Part shown: positions 15,825 through 20,545 of the stretch, piece after piece | How the letters are laid out: every line of letters starts with the position of its first letter | Position numbering within the stretch: the first letter of the stretch is position 1 | Assembly (NCBI GenBank): GCA_016931955.1 | Contig: JAFGDV010000008.1 | Location: forward strand, 1 to 20,545 | Length of the DNA stretch: 20,545 nucleotides | Source of the DNA: Candidatus Altiarchaeota archaeon | GTDB lineage: Archaea > Altiarchaeota > Altiarchaeia > IMC4 > QMZM01 | Reading direction: 5' to 3' | The notes under the pieces: generated by a model | Told to the model about the DNA's origin: nothing | The model's database searches: none | Seen by the model: the letters and a program-made list of their open reading frames with translations, nothing else | Made by a program: the position numbers and the translations under genes

Positions 15825-18800
15825 ATGGACTCCTACTTCAAGGAACTTGACGAGAAGATCAAGGAAACTTATCGTATAGCGGAGAAGGCCAGAGCCCTCG
15901 GCCTGGACCCATCCCTCAAGGTCGAAGCACTACCAGCTGGCGACCTCGCATCCAGGGTTGAGGGTCTCGTCGGCCCGGAGGGCATCGCTGAAAAGATCAA
16001 GGAGTATGGCAGAGACAATATTAAGGGCATAATCGACTTCGTCTTAGGGGATGTTTCTTCTCTACCAAGGAAGGCTCAGGAGCAGCGCATCGACCAGGCC
16101 CTGAGGACGGCCCTCGCAGTTATCACTGAGGGTGTGGTAGCCGCGCCCATCGAAGGCATCGCTCATGTGGCGATAAAAAGCAACCCCGATGGCTCAGACT
16201 ATCTCTCAGTGTATTTTTCCGGCCCCATCCGGAGCGCCGGCGGCACCGCTCAGGGATTGGCTGTCTTGTTTGCTGACTACTTGAGGAAGAAAGCCAATCT
16301 CCAAGAATACCGACCTACCAAGGATGAGGTTGAACGCTACCTGGAGGAGATCAAGATCTACCATGAGCGGGTAAGCCGACTACAGTATAAGCCTTCAGAT
16401 GACGACATCCGGGAGATCGTGAACCGCTGTCCTATCTGTGTCGACGGCGACCCTACGGAGAAAAGAGAGGTATCCATCCACCGCAACCTGCAGCGGATCG
16501 AGACCAACCGCATCAGGGGCGGCATGTGTCTTGTCATAGCTGAAGGCATCGCCCAGAAGGCTAAGAAGCTCCTTAACTATAACGAATTGTTCGGATTGGA
16601 CTGGGGCTGGCTTTCCTCTCTGGGAAAGCACGGCAGCGCAGATGAAGCCAAGAAGGGTGCAGCCTTCATGTCTGAGATAGTCGGCGGCCGACCTATCTTC
16701 GCTGAACCCTCAGCCAAGGGCGGCTTCCGTCTACGCTATGGCAGATCCCGCAGCTCCGGGATCGCTGCCAAATCCATACACCCTGCCGCGATGATCCTCC
16801 TCGACGGCTTTATCGCCACTGGAACACAGGTCAAGGTCGAACACCCCGGCAAGGGTTGCATCATCACTGAATGCGACACCATCGAGGGCCCCATCGTGAA
16901 ATTGAAGGATGGCTGCGTTGTCAGGGTAGAGAACAGAGAGCAGGCGCAATCCCTGAAAGACAATCTTGCGGAAATCCTCTTCCTGGGCGACATGCTCGTC
17001 ACCTACGGAGACTTCCTGCAGACCAATACCGCGTTATTGCCTGCCGGCTTCTGTGAAGAATGGTGGCTCCTCGAATTAGAGGATAAAAACGTTCCCCTCC
17101 CAGAGAAGATCCCTTCTCCAGAAGAAGCCGTCAACCTCTCCCTCACATACAAGGTTCCATTGCATCCTCGCTACACCTATCGCTGGAATGACCTCTCCTC
17201 TGATGATCTATCTGTGCTTGTTGACTGGCTCTCCTCCGGCGAAGTCGATAGTTTTTTAGTAATCGAAAACAACAACCCTGAAGCCAAGAGGGTCCTGGAA
17301 TGCCTCGGCGTACCCCACCGGGTGGAGGACAACAACGTAATCATCGAAGAATTCATTCCACTACTCTATTCCCTGGGCATCTTCGTTGATGGCAGAATAA
17401 ACACTGATAAGTTCTCCTCCCTGAAGGAATCCGGTAAAGAATCCGTCGTAGACTTCCTCAATTCTGTTTCTTCTTTGACTATTCGCCCTAAGTCGGGCTC
17501 ATATGTCGGCGCACGAATGGGACGCCCTGAAAAAGCCAGAGAAAGAAAGATGCAGCCTCCTGTGCATTCTCTCTTCCCTATTGGCTTGAATGGCGGCGCT
17601 GAACGTAATATCAGTCTCGCCGCTGGTAAGGGCTCTGTCTCCGTTGAAGTGGCTCGTTTTGAGTGCCCTAAATGCGGTCTTTCCTCTATTCACCCCATGT
17701 GTCCTCGCTGCAGTAAACCAGCTGTCCTGAAGAAGGTCTGCCCTTCCTGCGGCCGCCCAGTCGACACCCGCATGGATAAGTGCCCCAAGTGCAGGACTAC
17801 GTTGCAGGGTTGTGAGAAAAAGGACCTTAACCTTCAGGACATGTGGAGGTCCGCCGTCGAACGCGTCGGCTTTTCCCGCGACGTTAAAGGCGTCCAGGGT
17901 ATGATCTCCTTCTATAAGGTTCCTGAGCCCTTGGAGAAGGGCCTTCTCCGTTCCAAGTATGATGTCTTCGTCTTCAAGGATGGCTCGATCCGTTTCGACG
18001 CAACCGACGCCCCTCTCACTCATTTCCGTCCCAGGGAGGTTAATGTCTCAGTCGAGAAACTCGGGGAACTGGGCTACACCCGTGACTACCTTGGAAACGA
18101 CTTAGTCGATGAGGAGCAGCTTCTCGAGTTGAGGGTTCAAGATATTATTCTACCAGTGGAGGGCGCCTCTTATCTTCAGCGGGTTTCTTCCTTCATCGAT
18201 GAGCTCTTGACTAGATTCTATGGCCTCGAACCCTTCTATAATGTTTCCTCTCGTGATGATCTCTTAGGTCATCTTGTTGTTGGCTTGGCTCCTCACACCT
18301 CTGCTGCTATCACTGGCCGCATCATTGGTTTCTGTAACGCTAATGTCTGTTTTGCTCATCCCTTCTGGCATGCGGCTAAGCGCCGTAACGCCGACGGCGA
18401 CGAAGACTCTGTCATGTTGTTACTGGACGCATTGATCAATTTCTCCCGGATGTATTTGCCCGAGAAACGCGGCGGCAAGATGGATGCCCCTCTCGTGGTT
18501 ACCACCTTACTGGATCCTAGGGAGGTCGACGACGAAGCCCATAAGATCGAGGTCTGCAGTCGTTTTTCCCTGGATTTCTACAAGAAGACCTGGCTTAGGG
18601 TTAATCCCTCTGAAGTCGATGTCCCCATAGTGAATTCTTTCCTTGACTCTGATCCTTTTCACAGTATCTGTTTTTCTCATGACTCCTTTGACGTCTCCGG
18701 TCCCGTGACTGAGTCCAGGTATGTTCTCCTTGATTCTATGGAGGAGAAGGTTGATGCTCAGCTTCATGTCGCTGTTTTGTCTCGCGCCGTTAATGAGTCT

Positions 18801-19133
18801 ACTGTCGCCGAATTGGTGATCAACTCTCATTTTTTGAGGGACACGTATGGTAACTTGCGTGCTTTTTCTCGTCAGAAGTTCCGGTGCGTTAAATGTAATA
18901 AATCTTATAGGCGGGTTCCTCTCGTCGGTAAGTGCACTAAGTGCGGCGGCCGTCTTCTCCTCACCGTCACTGAGGGCAGCGTCCGCAAGTACTTGGACAT
19001 CAGCATCAACTTAGCGGATAAGTACTCTCACTCTGACTATTTGAAGCAGCGTCTCAGCCTACTGAACAGAGAGATCACGTCCGTCTTCACCAACGACCTG
19101 AATAAACAGGTCAGCTTATCCGACTTCATGTAG
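15825..19133 (+). CDS. polC: DNA polymerase D (Pol II) large subunit DP2, intein-free
   Basis: TEGVVAAPIEGI, GPIRSAGGT, GGFRLRYGR, RMGRPEK, CxxC Zn clusters, LAPHTSA, KRRNADGDED, C-terminal PIP-like QVSLSDFM. Confidence 0.98.
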   Translation: MDSYFKELDEKIKETYRIAEKARALGLDPSLKVEALPAGDLASRVEGLVGPEGIAEKIKEYGRDNIKGIIDFVLGDVSSLPRKAQEQRIDQALRTALAVITEGVVAAPIEGIAHVAIKSNPDGSDYLSVYFSGPIRSAGGTAQGLAVLFADYLRKKANLQEYRPTKDEVERYLEEIKIYHERVSRLQYKPSDDDIREIVNRCPICVDGDPTEKREVSIHRNLQRIETNRIRGGMCLVIAEGIAQKAKKLLNYNELFGLDWGWLSSLGKHGSADEAKKGAAFMSEIVGGRPIFAEPSAKGGFRLRYGRSRSSGIAAKSIHPAAMILLDGFIATGTQVKVEHPGKGCIITECDTIEGPIVKLKDGCVVRVENREQAQSLKDNLAEILFLGDMLVTYGDFLQTNTALLPAGFCEEWWLLELEDKNVPLPEKIPSPEEAVNLSLTYKVPLHPRYTYRWNDLSSDDLSVLVDWLSSGEVDSFLVIENNNPEAKRVLECLGVPHRVEDNNVIIEEFIPLLYSLGIFVDGRINTDKFSSLKESGKESVVDFLNSVSSLTIRPKSGSYVGARMGRPEKARERKMQPPVHSLFPIGLNGGAERNISLAAGKGSVSVEVARFECPKCGLSSIHPMCPRCSKPAVLKKVCPSCGRPVDTRMDKCPKCRTTLQGCEKKDLNLQDMWRSAVERVGFSRDVKGVQGMISFYKVPEPLEKGLLRSKYDVFVFKDGSIRFDATDAPLTHFRPREVNVSVEKLGELGYTRDYLGNDLVDEEQLLELRVQDIILPVEGASYLQRVSSFIDELLTRFYGLEPFYNVSSRDDLLGHLVVGLAPHTSAAITGRIIGFCNANVCFAHPFWHAAKRRNADGDEDSVMLLLDALINFSRMYLPEKRGGKMDAPLVVTTLLDPREVDDEAHKIEVCSRFSLDFYKKTWLRVNPSEVDVPIVNSFLDSDPFHSICFSHDSFDVSGPVTESRYVLLDSMEEKVDAQLHVAVLSRAVNESTVAELVINSHFLRDTYGNLRAFSRQKFRCVKCNKSYRRVPLVGKCTKCGGRLLLTVTEGSVRKYLDISINLADKYSHSDYLKQRLSLLNREITSVFTNDLNKQVSLSDFM

Positions 19134-19135
19134 GG

Positions 19136-19153
19136 TTTTTTTGGTTCTCTTTA
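19136..19153 (+). terminator. Oligo-T tract after DP2, probable archaeal terminator
   Basis: A run of Ts followed by ggttctcttt immediately after the stop codon. Confidence 0.45.
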
Positions 19154-19177
19154 TAGTTGAATTACGAGCATATACTT

Positions 19178-19330
19178 ATGATTTCACTATTTTTGGATAG
19201 GGTGCTGGAGCTAGATTTTCTGGGTAAACTCTATGGAGGCGGTGAAGCTGGATTCATCGTCATCTACGGCAGGAGGAGAATCGCCCAAAAACTAAGAGAG
19301 ATTTGGAGGTGGTTTTTTGGGTTGCGTTGA
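19178..19330 (+). pseudogene. Truncated 5' remnant of an archaeal ATPase (ATPase_2 family)
   Basis: 50-aa frame MISLFLDRVLELDFLGKLYGGGEAGFIVIYGRRRIAQK... parallels the N-terminus of the next gene (FVDRADELANL...AEFVVVYGRRRIGKT) and breaks inside Walker A. Confidence 0.8.
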
Positions 19331-19336
19331 CTGTTG

Positions 19337-19381
19337 TATTTAAATAGTTATCTTTCCAGTAGTTTACTATGCAGATAACTA
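19337..19381 (+). promoter_or_regulatory. TATA box plus 37-bp interrupted palindrome covering the start codon
   Basis: TATTTAAATA 19337-19346; tagttatct (19345-19353)/agataacta (19373-19381) and inner agta/tact share the centre 19363. Confidence 0.65.
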
Positions 19382-20545
19382 AATTTGTTGACCGGGCGGA
19401 TGAGCTCGCTAACCTGGAGAGGCTATGGCAGAGAGGCCGGGCAGAGTTCGTCGTAGTCTACGGCCGGAGGAGAATCGGCAAAACCGAGTTGATTAAAAAG
19501 TTCATTGAAGACAAGCCATCAGTCTATTATCTTGCGAGGCTTGAGTCTGAGAAAGACCAATTAGATAGGCTTTCGCTGAGTTTGTCTGACTTCTTCGATG
19601 ACCCCGTGCTCCGGAAATCCCCACTGAGGTCATGGGATGCGGTTTTGGAGTATATTCTCCGGCAGAACCGTAGATTCGTCTTAGTATTCGACGAGTTCCC
19701 GAACATGGTGCTTTCTCCCCGTATTTTGTCTATTCTACAGGATTTCTGGGATGGGAGGCTGAAGAACTCGAAGGTGTTTATCATAGTCTGCGGGTCCTCG
19801 CTTTCCATGATGGACAAGTACGTATTCCAGTACAGGACGCCCCTCTACGGCAGAAGAACGCTGGACCTTAAACTGGATGATCTTTCTATGTCGGATGTTT
19901 GCGAGTTTTTTCCCTCCCATAGCGTGGAGAAGGTTGCTAGGATATACGCTGTTCTTGGGGGGACGCCTGCCTACCTCCTTGAGTACTCCAGCAGCTTGGA
20001 TGAGACTATAGGGAATATTGTCTTTAAGAGGAGTTTCCTCTACAGGGAGCCTGAATTCGTCCTGAGAGAGGAAGTCAATGAGCCAAGGTATTTTATGTCT
20101 ATTCTGCATGCTGTGTCGGTGGGAAAGAATAGGGTGAATGAGATCGTAGACCTGACGGGTTTAGATAAGGGCGTCGTCGGCAAGTACCTCTCAATACTGC
20201 AGGATCTTGACCTTGTGAGGCGGGAGGTTTCGGTTACTGAGAACTGGAAGACTCGGAAGAGTATCTACTCCATAAAGAATAACTTCTTCCGGTTCTGGTT
20301 TAGGTTCATATACTCGAACCTGCAGGAAATCGAGAGGAATCCTGAAAGCGTATTCTCCTCCCTTAAGAGAGACTTTAATCCCTACCTTGGCCTGGTATTC
20401 GAAGGCGTCGCTGAGGAGCTGCTCTATAGAGAGAAGCTGCCTTTTTCCTTGTCGAAGATTGGCCGCTGGTGGCATAGGGATTTGGAAATTGACTTGGTTG
20501 CCTTAGGCCGGAAGGAGGCAGCCTTCTTCGAAGTCAAATGGAGTG
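19369..20545 (+). CDS. Archaeal ATPase (ATPase_2 + DUF234 family), 3'-truncated by the window edge and absent from the ORF track
   Basis: Hand translation is open to the window end: MQITKFVDRADEL...YGRRRIGKT...LVFDEFP...VCGSS...PLYGRRT...GGTPAYL...NNFFRFWFRFI...GRWWHRDLEIDLVA...FEVKWS. Confidence 0.93.
   Translation, partial: MQITKFVDRADELANLERLWQRGRAEFVVVYGRRRIGKTELIKKFIEDKPSVYYLARLESEKDQLDRLSLSLSDFFDDPVLRKSPLRSWDAVLEYILRQNRRFVLVFDEFPNMVLSPRILSILQDFWDGRLKNSKVFIIVCGSSLSMMDKYVFQYRTPLYGRRTLDLKLDDLSMSDVCEFFPSHSVEKVARIYAVLGGTPAYLLEYSSSLDETIGNIVFKRSFLYREPEFVLREEVNEPRYFMSILHAVSVGKNRVNEIVDLTGLDKGVVGKYLSILQDLDLVRREVSVTENWKTRKSIYSIKNNFFRFWFRFIYSNLQEIERNPESVFSSLKRDFNPYLGLVFEGVAEELLYREKLPFSLSKIGRWWHRDLEIDLVALGRKEAAFFEVKWS

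Noticed and set aside
15825-19133. Intein in DP2
   Set aside because: The 1102-aa length and continuous HAAKRRNADGDED region leave no room for one, and no splicing motifs are seen.

Overview
Archaeal genomic window. The heterodimeric PolD genes, TATA-like boxes 22-30 nt before start codons, PEF-CTERM proteins and archaeal ATPase families support this; a DPANN/Altiarchaeota-like origin is my inference. The core block (8233-19133) holds a pyrimidine cluster on the minus strand (pyrD, an inserted PP2C phosphatase, pyrK, pyrC, pyrF), divergent from a serA-like dehydrogenase - DP1 - DP2 run. The accessory block (2816-9419) holds five Cys-rich predicted lipoproteins and one membrane-anchored protein. 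It is bracketed by two minimal 'signal peptide + dockerin + PEF-CTERM' proteins and is the best candidate for an undescribed surface system. Both ends carry AAA+ ATPase/PD-(D/E)XK-like genes: one intact, one running off the window and missing from the ORF track, one pseudogene and one 5' remnant. An unannotated ~65-80 bp repeat family flanks the first ATPase. I saw no tRNA, rRNA, CRISPR array, transposase or intein.
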